A stretch of 64,000 nt of DNA, taken from positions 2,112,001-2,176,000 of the forward strand of contig OY771506.1 in assembly GCA_963674705.1 (NCBI GenBank), written 5' to 3'. The position numbers and the translations under genes were made by a program. Numbering within the stretch: the first letter of the stretch is position 1; every line of letters starts with the position of its first letter. The stretch is from Phycisphaeraceae bacterium. Lineage in GTDB: Bacteria > Planctomycetota > Phycisphaerae > Phycisphaerales > Phycisphaeraceae. Below, one piece after another: positions 39,629 to 49,422 of this stretch. A model generated the notes under the pieces. That model saw nothing but the letters and a program-made list of their open reading frames with translations, made no database searches and was not told the DNA's origin.

Positions 39629-40429
39629 CTATTGCGCCATCTCGTAGAGCAGCAGCAGGATCTCGATCACGATCAAGATGACGATGTACCACTCGACGCG
39701 GAGCGTGCGCGCGTTTTCGATCAGCCCGACGACGGTTTCAGTCGTCTGCGAAACAAGGGATAGTTTCCGTTCGAGCGCGATCTTGCGCTCGTGGATTTCG
39801 AACTCCTCAGTGAGTATCGCATGAAGTCGTTCGAGGTCCGGCCGTTCCCAGAGGATGTCGGGTTTATCGTCGACCTCGACGCGTCCGATCATTTCGTGCT
39901 GGATCAGCAGGACATTGCCCAGATGTTTTTGCAGTTTGCCGACCTTGCCGCCCCCGTGCCCGGTCCGGGCGAGATCGCTGGCAAACGGCTCGATACGGTC
40001 GAACGCCTCCTGCGTTTGTGATTCATACCCCGCCAATGCGACGCTTTTTCCGAGTACATCCGCGATAACCTGAAGTCTTTCCACCGACCCGTTATGAACG
40101 TTCAACGCCTCGCCATCGATCCCTTCGCGTGTTCCGCTGTCGACGCGGATGTGCAGAACCTCCGATTCTTCCTGTTCTGCGGGTTTGCGAACGAGCGGGC
40201 GGATTTCGACCAGGAATTGTTCAGCCGAGTCGTGGTCACAGTCAAAGAATACGACCACGCCATATCGCAACAGCACCGCGACGCCATGATCGCCGATGCG
40301 GACGGCCAACGGCCCGGAACCCAGACGGTCTTTGGTGGGGACCGAACGCAAGCCGATATAGTCGCCAACGCGTACAGCGCGTGCGGTAAATTCGTTTGTG
40401 TTCACTTCGTTGGTTGCGTGCGTAGACAT
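39629..40429 (-). CDS. RMD1/DUF155 family protein
   Basis: RYGVVVFF, KSVAL..YE, DKPDILWE, EFEI.ER, RVEWYIVILI..E. Confidence 0.85.
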   Translation of the reverse strand: MSTHATNEVNTNEFTARAVRVGDYIGLRSVPTKDRLGSGPLAVRIGDHGVAVLLRYGVVVFFDCDHDSAEQFLVEIRPLVRKPAEQEESEVLHIRVDSGTREGIDGEALNVHNGSVERLQVIADVLGKSVALAGYESQTQEAFDRIEPFASDLARTGHGGGKVGKLQKHLGNVLLIQHEMIGRVEVDDKPDILWERPDLERLHAILTEEFEIHERKIALERKLSLVSQTTETVVGLIENARTLRVEWYIVILIVIEILLLLYEMAQ

Positions 40430-40557
40430 GACAACTGATTCTACCCACGAACAACAGATAAAAAAACAGAGCCCACGCGTGGCGCGTCGTGGGCCCTTTG
40501 TTTAATCGGTCCGCCCTGAGGCGCCGATTGGTTTATTTAGTTGTGACTGACCTTGTT

Positions 40558-41505
40558 CTATGCTCCGACGTACTTCGGTTCGCCGCCGGTCAGTGCTTTA
40601 TACGCTTGAAGATACTTTGTCAGCGTGTTGTTGACAACCTCTTGTGGCAGTTCCGGTCCGGGTGGCATTTTATCCCATCGGCCTTCATCCACCAAGTCTT
40701 GAAGATAATTTCGAACATACTGTTTATCAAAGCTCGGTTGGTCCTGTCCGGGTTTGTATTGATCGGCAGGCCAGAAGCGCGAACTATCGGGTGTTAACGC
40801 TTCATCAATCAGGATCGGTTTGTCATTGTTATCGACCGGTAAACCGAACTCAAACTTCGTGTCCGCGAGGATGATGCCGCGCTGCTGCGCGTAATCGTGC
40901 GCCATGTTGTAGATGTTGATGGATAAGGCTCTTAGGTTCGTCATCAATGACTCGCCAACCAGTTCACAGGCGCGCTGGAAACTGATATTTTCATCGTGCC
41001 CTTCATCTTCCTTGGTCGCGGGAGTAAAGATAGGCTCCGGCAGCTTATCACACTGCGTTAAACCCTCAGGCAGTTTGATGCCGCAAACGGATTGGGTTTT
41101 TTGATATTCCTTCCAACCTGAACCCGCCAGGTAACCACGTACAACACACTCGATGGGCACGACCTTACACTTGCGGCCGATCATGACGCGGCCTTGCAGT
41201 TGCTCAACCTGTTGCGAGCTAAGCCCTTGCACGTCGGCAGGATCGGTGGAGATCAAATGATGCTCCAGCTTGTCGCCGAAGTGTTTCTTGATCATGTCGA
41301 ACCAGAAAGTGCTGATCTGTGTCAACACTGCGCCTTTGCCCGGGATGCCGTTCGCCATCACCACATCAAACGCCGAGACACGGTCGCTTGCGATGATCAG
41401 CAAGGCATCTGTGCCGGTCTTGGTTTTACATTGATAAATATCGCGGACCTTACCTTGCCGGCGTCCTTCAAGGGGGAGTTCTGTCTTGAGTAGGGCGTCA
41501 TTCAT
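40558..41505 (-). CDS. purC: Phosphoribosylaminoimidazole-succinocarboxamide synthase
   Basis: GKVRDIY, SDRVSAFD, ECVVRGY, ADTKFEFG, TPDSSRFW, SFDKQ. Confidence 0.97.
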   Translation of the reverse strand: MNDALLKTELPLEGRRQGKVRDIYQCKTKTGTDALLIIASDRVSAFDVVMANGIPGKGAVLTQISTFWFDMIKKHFGDKLEHHLISTDPADVQGLSSQQVEQLQGRVMIGRKCKVVPIECVVRGYLAGSGWKEYQKTQSVCGIKLPEGLTQCDKLPEPIFTPATKEDEGHDENISFQRACELVGESLMTNLRALSINIYNMAHDYAQQRGIILADTKFEFGLPVDNNDKPILIDEALTPDSSRFWPADQYKPGQDQPSFDKQYVRNYLQDLVDEGRWDKMPPGPELPQEVVNNTLTKYLQAYKALTGGEPKYVGA

Positions 41506-41697
41506 GGTCTGCATCCTTTGGGTGTCTCCGGGTGCTGCGGGGTTTAAGGGGGATTGTGGTAATTGCAGGGGATGATAGCGACCCAATCAGGTTGATGTAA
41601 GTCGGAATCGCAATAATGATCGTGGATAACCTGTCGGTAACGAAGGGGCAGTTGGATAGACCTTCCCCACGAAAGGTGAACTTGCTTGAAAGATGAA

Positions 41698-41727
41698 TTC
41701 ACCGCAGAGAGCGCAGAGGACACAGAG
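41698..41727. repeat. Solo copy of the CACCGCAGAG REP-like repeat
   Basis: Matches 36649-36678. Confidence 0.7.
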
Positions 41728-41815
41728 AAGAGACCCGGGTGCGGCGTGCCGGCCTAACGGGGACCGGCTTGTCCGCTGATCGGGTTGTTCGGTTCTTTAT
41801 TGAAAAACCCATTTA

Positions 41816-41850
41816 TACTTGTTGACACAACTAATGTTGTAACGTATATT
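41816..41850 (+). promoter_or_regulatory. sigma70 promoter with overlapping putative MarR operator
   Basis: TTGACA(41822)-17 bp-TATATT(41845); TACTTGTTGACACAACTAAT recurs at 42429-42448 (18/20). Confidence 0.7.
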
Positions 41851-41908
41851 ACCGATAGTGAACCTAAGCCCATGAATAAGCCGGGGCGGGCAACGAAGGA
41901 TACGAACC

Positions 41909-42388
41909 ATGACTTTGTCCTTGCTGCAACGCGAAATCAAGCAGAAGCGGCCGTTCGCCTCGCCCGAGGTGGAGGCGTACTTGAACATGGCCCGGACGTT
42001 CGGCCTGCTGGCGTGCGGCATCGAACGGTTCTTCAAGGACTACGGCGTTTCGGCGGCAGGATACAACGTGCTGCGGATCCTTAACGGCGCCAAACGCGAA
42101 GGGGACGATGCACTGCCGACGCTCGAAGTCGCCCAACGCCTGGTCAGCCCGGTCCCGGATGTGACGCGCCTGATCGATCGGCTCGAGCGCGATGGTTTTG
42201 TCACCCGCTTACGCAGCGATGAAGATCGGCGTGTGGTGTATGTGGCGATCACCACGCAGGCTCAGACGCTGCTCCGCAAGATGCAAAAACCTCTGGCAGA
42301 GCATCACAAAGCAAACCTCGGCCACATGAGCAAGGCTGAACTCAAGGAACTGACCCGTTTATTGGAAAAGGCCCGATCGGCACAGTAA
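41909..42388 (+). CDS. MarR family transcriptional regulator
   Basis: YNVLRIL, VTRLIDRLERDGFV.R...DRR. Confidence 0.93.
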   Translation: MTLSLLQREIKQKRPFASPEVEAYLNMARTFGLLACGIERFFKDYGVSAAGYNVLRILNGAKREGDDALPTLEVAQRLVSPVPDVTRLIDRLERDGFVTRLRSDEDRRVVYVAITTQAQTLLRKMQKPLAEHHKANLGHMSKAELKELTRLLEKARSAQ

Positions 42389-42428
42389 TCGCCAACGATC
42401 TCGGCCCGTAGGAACAACTGGACCTAAA

Positions 42429-42448
42429 TACTTGTTTAAACAACTAAT
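42429..42448. promoter_or_regulatory. Second putative MarR operator before doxX
   Basis: TACTTGTTTAAACAACTAAT. Confidence 0.6.
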
Positions 42449-42462
42449 TGAAAGGGCGGATA

Positions 42463-42927
42463 ATGAAACTCATCAATGACAACTTACAAAAGTGGCTGAC
42501 CGATGCGGGTCTGCTGGCGATCCGTGCGATGCTCGGCACCGTCTTCATGTACCACGGCTCGCAGAAACTGTTCGGCTGGTTCGCCGGACATGGCATCGAT
42601 GGATTCTCGGGCTTTCTGGCATCACAAGGTGTGCCGCTGCCGACGCTCAACGCTTACATGGCCGCCGGTGCCGAGTTCTTCGGCGGACTGCTGCTGCTGA
42701 CAGGCATCCTGACACGACTCGCCAGCATCCCCGTCGCCTTCACCATGCTCGTCGCCGCATTCATGGTTCATGGCAACGCGTTCAGCTCACAGAACGGCGG
42801 CCTCGAATACCCCTTGACCCTCGCAGTCGTCACGGCCGGCATCGGCCTGATCGGCCCGGGACGCCTGACGCTCATCAACCTCGTCGCATATGCACGCACG
42901 CCACAACCGCAGGCCGTCACCGCTTAA
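42463..42927 (+). CDS. DoxX family membrane protein
   Basis: HGSQKLFGWF, EFFGG.LL..G..TR, GLEYPL, GPG. Confidence 0.92.
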   Translation: MKLINDNLQKWLTDAGLLAIRAMLGTVFMYHGSQKLFGWFAGHGIDGFSGFLASQGVPLPTLNAYMAAGAEFFGGLLLLTGILTRLASIPVAFTMLVAAFMVHGNAFSSQNGGLEYPLTLAVVTAGIGLIGPGRLTLINLVAYARTPQPQAVTA

Positions 42928-42976
42928 GTCATACACACCCGGTAACACCAAATAACTTTTCCCAAGGAGATACACC

Positions 42977-43342
42977 ATGAGCGCCACTATCACTGTACGC
43001 CAGCGTCTCGACGACCTGATCGATTACATCCGTAACGGCAAAATCATGGACGCCATGAACGAGTTCTACGATGAGAACGTCATCATGGAAGAACCCGCCT
43101 ACGGCAAGACCATCGGGCTCAAAGCCAACATCGAACGCGAGCAGCACTTCGTCGACAGCGTCAAGCAGTGGAAAGGCTTCGACATCACCGCTATCGGCGC
43201 GGGTGACGATGTCACCTTCTACGAACACAGCATGGACTTCGTCACGCAGGACGGCACGGAAGTCCACATGGAACAGGTAGCCGTCGCAAAGTGGAAAGAC
43301 GGCAAGATCGTCCACGAACGCTTCTACTACAACATGGGCTGA
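42977..43342 (+). CDS. SnoaL-like / NTF2 family protein
   Basis: AAGGAG RBS; EFYDENV, WKDGKIVHERFYY. Confidence 0.85.
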   Translation: MSATITVRQRLDDLIDYIRNGKIMDAMNEFYDENVIMEEPAYGKTIGLKANIEREQHFVDSVKQWKGFDITAIGAGDDVTFYEHSMDFVTQDGTEVHMEQVAVAKWKDGKIVHERFYYNMG

Positions 43343-43384
43343 TCGTTTCACGTCACCCGGCCGGACGAACCTGAATTAGTAAAG

Positions 43385-43421
43385 CACCCATGGCGTTGTG
43401 CGTTTCACGCCATGGGTGTTT
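43385..43421. terminator. Terminator between converging snoaL-like gene and pheS
   Basis: CACCCATGGCGT / ACGCCATGGGTG stem. Confidence 0.75.
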
Positions 43422-43446
43422 ATATGTTTATCCGATTGGCTATGGA

Positions 43447-44457
43447 TCAGAACTGCCGCAGGAAGCGCACATCGTTTTCAAACAGCCAGCGGATGTCCTT
43501 GATGTCGTACTTGCGCATGGCAAGCCGTTCGATACCCAGGCCGAAGGCGAAGCCGGTCCATTCTTCCGGGTCGTAACCGACAGCTTCAAACACGGCCGGG
43601 TCGACCATGCCGCAGCCGCCGACTTCCATCCAAGCCATCCCCTTACCTAAGTCGATTTTTACGTAAAGCTCGGCCGAAGGCTCCGTGAACGGGAAGTAAC
43701 TTGGCACGAGTTTCACTTCAGCATCCGGACCCCAGTAAGCATGAGCGAACTGGATCAGCGTGGTCTTAAGGTCGACCATGCTGACCTTCCTGTCGACGTA
43801 AAGCCCTTCGATCTGGTGGAACATCGAGTAGTGCGTCGCATCATGTTCATCGGGACGATAGACGCGGCCGGTCGAGACGATACGAACCGGCGGCTTGGTG
43901 TTTTCCATCACGCGGATCTGCACGGTTGACGTCTGCGAGCGAAGCAACAGGGGGTTCTCGCCGTCCGGATCGGTCAGGTAGAAGTTATCCAGCGGGTCGC
44001 GGGCCGGGTGCTGCTGCGGGATATTCAGCGCGACGAAGTTGTGGTGTTCATCCTCAACTTCCGGGCCGGTCACCGCATCGAAACCCATCCGCCCGAACAC
44101 TTCGATCAGTTCGTCGATGGTCTGCGTGATGATGTGCTGACGTCCCAGCCGCGGCGGCGCACCGGGTTCAGTAACGTCGAGTAAAGGCTTACCAGCCGCT
44201 TGCGGCTTAGCGCCTGCATCCAACGATTGCTTCTTCTGCTCGAAAGCATCCTGAAGCGATTGACGCAGGGCGTTGGCTTTTTGGCCAAACTCGCGCTTCT
44301 GATCATTTGGGACTTCTTTGAGCAGACCCATCAGCGCCTTCAGCGCACCCTTGGAGCCAAGGTACTTAATGCGGAACGCCTCCAACTGCTCAGCCGATTC
44401 CACGGCCTTGAGGTCGGTGTCCGCGTCCTGTTGAAGTTGGTCAATTCGCTGTGGCAT
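43447..44457 (-). CDS. pheS: Phenylalanine-tRNA ligase alpha subunit
   Basis: HPARD, LRSQTS, FHQIEGL, YFPFTEPSAE, GFAFGLGIERL. Confidence 0.98.
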   Translation of the reverse strand: MPQRIDQLQQDADTDLKAVESAEQLEAFRIKYLGSKGALKALMGLLKEVPNDQKREFGQKANALRQSLQDAFEQKKQSLDAGAKPQAAGKPLLDVTEPGAPPRLGRQHIITQTIDELIEVFGRMGFDAVTGPEVEDEHHNFVALNIPQQHPARDPLDNFYLTDPDGENPLLLRSQTSTVQIRVMENTKPPVRIVSTGRVYRPDEHDATHYSMFHQIEGLYVDRKVSMVDLKTTLIQFAHAYWGPDAEVKLVPSYFPFTEPSAELYVKIDLGKGMAWMEVGGCGMVDPAVFEAVGYDPEEWTGFAFGLGIERLAMRKYDIKDIRWLFENDVRFLRQF

Positions 44458-44721
44458 GGGTTGGTAAGGATACACGATCCACCGGCATATGCGATCCAAG
44501 CGTCACAACCGGCAGCGTTTACCCGGGTTTAAGGGCTATCTGCTTGTGTTTTTCTGCCACACGGCTGTTGCCGACGGGCAACATCTGGACCAAATCCACA
44601 TAAGCGACTCCGGGCGAATTCTACTATAAGTATCATAATTTCAAATATATACGTAATCTCTGGCGGGGTGGTCCTGGGATTGAAGCTCTCTTGGCACGTT
44701 GTTAATTGCCAAGGTGACGTC

Positions 44722-45450
44722 ATGAATGATCTGCATACGCCCATCATCAGCTTCTCCGACCATCGCCGCCTGTTTCAGGCAACGATCCTGTTGGCGTGCC
44801 TGGCGTGTCTGATCATGCTCAGCGGGCAGCGATCGGCTCAAACCGAGCCCCGCCCCGCCATGCAGCCGGCATCGACCAGCTCAGCGCTTCAGATGTTGAA
44901 CGCGACGACACAGTTCAGGTCTGCCGACACCGATCAAACAACCCAATCCAAGATCACCAACGAGCCAACCCTCCTGGACCAGGCCGCCGCATTCATCGAG
45001 CCTTTCGAAGGTCGCCGCCACCGGGCCTATCGGGATTCACGTGGCAACATGACGATCGGCATCGGCTTCAATCTTGATCGCGCCGGCGCCGCCGACGACC
45101 TGGAAGAACTGCTGCCCGGCATCAATTACTACGCACTGCGTCGCGGCAGCATCACACTGACCGATGAACAGATAGACATACTGCTGCATCACGACACCCA
45201 GCGTGCGATCGATACCGCACGCCGTCAGTTCAAGAACTTCGACCAGCTTCCGACCCAGGCACAGCTCATCCTGATCGACATGACCTTCAACACCGGCTCG
45301 CTGCAAAAGTGGCGTAACCTGCGTTCGGCCATGGCGCGTGAAGACTACAGCGCAGCCGCCGACGCGATGTATCGCTCACAATGGCGCAAGCAGACCGGCC
45401 AACGCGCCAGGCACCTGATCCAACTCATGCGCGAGCTGGCGACCAGCTAA
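44722..45450 (+). CDS. Secreted/anchored T4-type lysozyme (GH24-like)
   Basis: FEGRRHRAYRDSRGNMTIGIG has E-x8-D-x5-T spacing; DMTFN; SQWRKQTGQRA; N-terminal hydrophobic segment. Confidence 0.85.
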   Translation: MNDLHTPIISFSDHRRLFQATILLACLACLIMLSGQRSAQTEPRPAMQPASTSSALQMLNATTQFRSADTDQTTQSKITNEPTLLDQAAAFIEPFEGRRHRAYRDSRGNMTIGIGFNLDRAGAADDLEELLPGINYYALRRGSITLTDEQIDILLHHDTQRAIDTARRQFKNFDQLPTQAQLILIDMTFNTGSLQKWRNLRSAMAREDYSAAADAMYRSQWRKQTGQRARHLIQLMRELATS

Positions 45451-45463
45451 GCTATACCACTAT

Positions 45464-46174
45464 CTACCTGCCGCGTCGCACAAATCCCGCACACAGCATC
45501 ATGGCAACCAGGGCGGTTGTTGCCGGCTCGGGGACGACCTGCGATGGTGGCGTGCCCGTGTTCCAGTTATTCAGCACGATATCCAGGTCATCCAGGCCGA
45601 CGTAGCCATCACCATTTGCATCCGCGCGTGAATCGGCTGGGGGCACGCTCTGATTCCAATTGCTCAGCACGATATCCAGGTCGTCCAGACCGACATAGCC
45701 ATCTTCATTCTGATCGCCGGGCAGGTCCGGGACAGGGGTGTAGTAGACAAGGTCGCCGTAATACGAATACCCTCCATAAGGCTCGACCTGGAAGATAAAA
45801 GTCAGATCGTTGAGCATGTACGACAGGGTCTCACCTTGGTACAAGAAGCCGGGTTCACCCAGCACGGTGCCATCACCCAGGTCCCAGCCGGTGATGGTCG
45901 AGATGTAATACTCGGTCGCATAGCCCACATCATCTCCCGCCCGGTAGGGATCGATGTTACCGTCATAGGATTCGACGTAGACGTTGTAAACCGTGCCCGG
46001 CCCGCCGAAGCCCACGCCGGTTTCCAGTGTCAGGCTGCCATCTTCCGTGTTGTAGATAATCGACGGGATGTAGTCGTAAAGCGATCCTTGCGTGATTGTC
46101 GCTTGCGTGAATGTCGTCGAAACCACCAGACCGATCGCGCCAGCGGCGATATGCATTGCCCGAACCTTACTCAT
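45464..46174 (-). CDS. PEP-CTERM protein with dockerin-like repeats
   Basis: Two DxNxDGYVGLDDLDIVLxNWN repeats; VPEPATT...RRGR. Confidence 0.9.
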   Translation of the reverse strand: MSKVRAMHIAAGAIGLVVSTTFTQATITQGSLYDYIPSIIYNTEDGSLTLETGVGFGGPGTVYNVYVESYDGNIDPYRAGDDVGYATEYYISTITGWDLGDGTVLGEPGFLYQGETLSYMLNDLTFIFQVEPYGGYSYYGDLVYYTPVPDLPGDQNEDGYVGLDDLDIVLSNWNQSVPPADSRADANGDGYVGLDDLDIVLNNWNTGTPPSQVVPEPATTALVAMMLCAGFVRRGR

Positions 46175-46350
46175 GATGTACCCCACTTTGGAAAAGAATT
46201 AGGAATCCGCCTGATCCCCCGTGGATCAGATCGGCCCCATCATAAACAGATCTCAGATCGTTTTGTAGGCTTGGCGGTTACTTTTCTGCAAGAATGCACA
46301 ACTACTGACAGATTTTTGACATATCTGAGAATATCCGGATCTGTTAGGCA

Positions 46351-47667
46351 CTACTGCCGCAGTGCGTCGGCATCATTCCGCTGATCGATCGCCACACGGA
46401 TCAACCAGTCGCCTTGGGACATCGGATCACCCAACCGACCCGGCAGGCCTGTCCTGGATTCGCCGCTGTCGGCCACCGCGTCATAGTAGACATACACGCC
46501 CTTGGTCCCGGTCGGATTGAAACCGGCGCAGATCGTGAACTTGACCGGGACTTCCGTGGGTTCGGTCCGCAGCATGACCCATTGGGGGTTGCCGCGTTGA
46601 AATGAGCTGTAGGGGAACTTGAACTCACGGATGACTTGCCCCTGTTCGTCACAGAGCCAGACGCTGAAGTCTTCCGCCGGTGGCCGAGGATGACCGTAAC
46701 GTGAGCCGAAGATGCGTACCTGCGTCAGGTACCAGCCCGGGCCCGGGGCCTCGAAGCTGACTGCATGCCCACCGCCTGCGATGCTGCGTTTGTCAGTAGC
46801 TTTACCTTCATCGAGCGCCAGGTCGACAGGCTTACGCATCAATTCGGTCGGCTTTGCCGTGCGTGGTTCAAAACCGCTGCGTGGCTGGGCCTGGATCATC
46901 AACGGCTCCGCGCGGTTCCACCAGTCAGATACCTGCTCATCGTTCTGAACATCCAGGAGGATGCTGCGCAGCTTTGCGCCGGGGTCTGTCGGGTCGATCT
47001 CGGCTTCACCCCACGCCTTGAACAGTGCGGCCACTTTTTCCTTTCCAAGAATACCCGCCAGTTCGCGCCACATACCCGCAGCCCGGACAATCTCAGACGG
47101 ATCCGCTTGAGCCAACTGGCTGTCAAGGCGAGCGGTGCCATCCTGTTTGTAGTCATACGGGTAGCACCAGGCCGATTCACCAAGCGTGTCATAGACGCCA
47201 TCAACAATCTCCGAGCCGATGTAGTGTGCCCAGCCTTCTGCCCCAGCGGTATTAAGCCAGCCGTGCTGCGTGATCGCACGGTACATAGCCATATGGCCTA
47301 CCTCGTGACACAGGCCGTAGAGATTGAATATACCGCTTTGAGCGGGCGGTCGTAACTGTTCGCTGGATTGCAGGCTGAGGTTCAACCGGTCCTGGCCGTC
47401 GGTGAACAGGCGCACCTTATTGCCGGGCCCGCAATCGATCGTGACCGTGATGGTCTCAGGCATATCGAACCCATAGCGATCGACAGCAATCTGGCGCGTA
47501 GCCGTCAGGACATTCCCAATGGCTTTAACCTGATCGGCATCGACGCCGCTGTAGTGGACCAGCACGTGGTCGTCGCGATAAAGCTCTTCTGCTGAAGCAG
47601 TGCAATGGACTGTCAGTGATGTCAAAATCGCGATAAGCAGCCCCAGCGAGGACAGGTTGCTGTACAT
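46351..47667 (-). CDS. Secreted HEXXH metallopeptidase-like protein
   Basis: Signal peptide; HEVGH followed by EGWA; GGAGG RBS. Confidence 0.7.
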   Translation of the reverse strand: MYSNLSSLGLLIAILTSLTVHCTASAEELYRDDHVLVHYSGVDADQVKAIGNVLTATRQIAVDRYGFDMPETITVTIDCGPGNKVRLFTDGQDRLNLSLQSSEQLRPPAQSGIFNLYGLCHEVGHMAMYRAITQHGWLNTAGAEGWAHYIGSEIVDGVYDTLGESAWCYPYDYKQDGTARLDSQLAQADPSEIVRAAGMWRELAGILGKEKVAALFKAWGEAEIDPTDPGAKLRSILLDVQNDEQVSDWWNRAEPLMIQAQPRSGFEPRTAKPTELMRKPVDLALDEGKATDKRSIAGGGHAVSFEAPGPGWYLTQVRIFGSRYGHPRPPAEDFSVWLCDEQGQVIREFKFPYSSFQRGNPQWVMLRTEPTEVPVKFTICAGFNPTGTKGVYVYYDAVADSGESRTGLPGRLGDPMSQGDWLIRVAIDQRNDADALRQ

Positions 47668-47803
47668 GTACACCTCCCAGTTTGATGTGATGCAAATGAT
47701 GTCTGTTCAATCAATAAGACGCCCCGGTCGCGAGCTTGATCGAAAGCAATTGCTGAAAACGAGGAGAAAACAGAAAAGCAGAAAAACAGAAAATAAAATG
47801 CTT

Positions 47804-47894
47804 CCAACCCCCAACCCCCAACCCCCAACCCCCAACCCCCAACCCCCAACCCCCAACCCCCAACCCCCAACCCCCAACCCCCAACCCCCAATCC
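47804..47894. repeat. Tandem heptamer (CCAACCC)x12 plus one degenerate copy
   Basis: Read directly; flanked by CAGAAAA-type repeats (47764-47798) and ATTARCN heptamers (47948-47987). Confidence 0.95.
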
Positions 47895-47992
47895 CCCAAA
47901 TCCGCCCGGCCCTTCGCTGCGCTCAGAACCGGCGTTGGGATTGAAACATTAGCAATTAACGATTAACGATTAGCCATTAGCGATTATCATCG

Positions 47993-49297
47993 CTACATCA
48001 CCCGGTAACCGATGTCCTTGCGGAACCAGGCGCCCTTAAAGTGGATTTTCTCACAGGCGGCGTTGGCTTTCTGTTGCGCTTCTTTCAGATCCTTACCCAT
48101 CGCACAGACGTTCAGGACACGTCCGCCGGCTGTGACCAGGCCGCCGTCGCGGTTCAGTTTCGTGCCGGCATGGAAGACGTGTACATCCGGGTCTTCCTCG
48201 GCAGTTTCGATGCCGGTGATGACCTTGCCGGATTCGTACTTGCCCGGATATCCGCCGCTTGCCATCACAACACAGCAGCAGCAGCGCGTATCCCAACTCA
48301 GGTCTACATCACTTAAACGACCCTCGCAGGTGGCCTGCATGATGTCGATCAGATCGCCCTTCAGCCGCATCATCAGCGGTTGGCACTCAGGATCGCCGAA
48401 GCGTGTGTTGAATTCCAGCACCTTCGGCCCGCCTGCCGTCAGCATCAGCCCGGCATAAAGCACACCCTTGAATTCCACGCCGTCCCGCCGAAGCGCATCG
48501 ACCGTAGGCACGAGGACTTCGCCCTGGATCGTGCTCATCAGATCATCATTGACCAGCGGCGTCGGGCAGTACGCGCCCATACCACCGGTGTTCGGGCCCT
48601 TATCGCCCTCGTGGGCCTGCTTGTGGTCCTGCGTCGGGTCGAGCACGAAGATGTTTCGCCCGTCCACCAGCGCGAGGATAGAGACTTCCTGGCCAACCAG
48701 ACGCTCCTCGACGACAACGGCTTTGCCCGCATCCCCAAAGACCTTGTCGACCATGCATTGCTTCAGACCATCAAGGGCTTGCTCACTGTTGCTGCAGACA
48801 ATGACCCCCTTACCCTTGGCAAGGCCCGCAGCCTTGATCACGACCGGCAACTCGCGATTCTCGACGTAATTGACGGCTGCCTTGTAGTCGGTGAATGTCT
48901 TGGCGTCGGCGGTGGGGATGCTCGCGGCCCGCATTAATTGCTTGCTGAACGCTTTATCCGCTTCCAGACGGGCGCCGGCCTGGACCGGGCCGAACACGCA
49001 GCGGCCGTCACGGGTCAGCCGATCCGCCAATCCCTGGCAGAGCGGGTCTTCCGGGCCGATCACGATCAGGCTGATGTTGTTCTGCCGGCAGAAGTAGTCG
49101 ATCGCATCGGCGTTCTTGGTATTGACGGGGTCGAACGGCAGGTCGTTCAGATTCTTGCCCAGCGAACTCGTCCCGCCGTTGCCGGGCGCGAAGTACAGCT
49201 TCCCACAGCGTTTAGATTGCTTGAGCTTCCAGCCGAGCGCATGCTCGCGGCCACCGGAACCGAGGATCAGGGCGTTAATCTTGTCTTGTTTTGCCAT
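47993..49297 (-). CDS. purD: Phosphoribosylamine-glycine ligase
   Basis: GSGGREHAL, GPEDPL, GPNTGGMG, EFNTRFGDPECQ, GGRVL. Confidence 0.98.
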   Translation of the reverse strand: MAKQDKINALILGSGGREHALGWKLKQSKRCGKLYFAPGNGGTSSLGKNLNDLPFDPVNTKNADAIDYFCRQNNISLIVIGPEDPLCQGLADRLTRDGRCVFGPVQAGARLEADKAFSKQLMRAASIPTADAKTFTDYKAAVNYVENRELPVVIKAAGLAKGKGVIVCSNSEQALDGLKQCMVDKVFGDAGKAVVVEERLVGQEVSILALVDGRNIFVLDPTQDHKQAHEGDKGPNTGGMGAYCPTPLVNDDLMSTIQGEVLVPTVDALRRDGVEFKGVLYAGLMLTAGGPKVLEFNTRFGDPECQPLMMRLKGDLIDIMQATCEGRLSDVDLSWDTRCCCCVVMASGGYPGKYESGKVITGIETAEEDPDVHVFHAGTKLNRDGGLVTAGGRVLNVCAMGKDLKEAQQKANAACEKIHFKGAWFRKDIGYRVM

Positions 49298-49394
49298 AAG
49301 TCCGGACAGGGTAACGCGGATGGCGGATCGGGTCTAGGTATGCGGAGGTAAGTGTCGGTTAACCGGCAGGCGAACGGCCGAACCCACAAACACA

Positions 49395-49422
49395 ACAGGC
49401 TCGCGAACTTTAGCGAGCCTGT
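49395..49422 (-). terminator. Terminator upstream of purD
   Basis: ACAGGCTCGC / GCGAGCCTGT stem with a U-rich tail on the minus strand. Confidence 0.7.

Noticed and set aside
47600..47944. ORFs with PTPNPQP / GVGGWGL repeats
   Set aside because: Translations of the heptamer tandem repeat.
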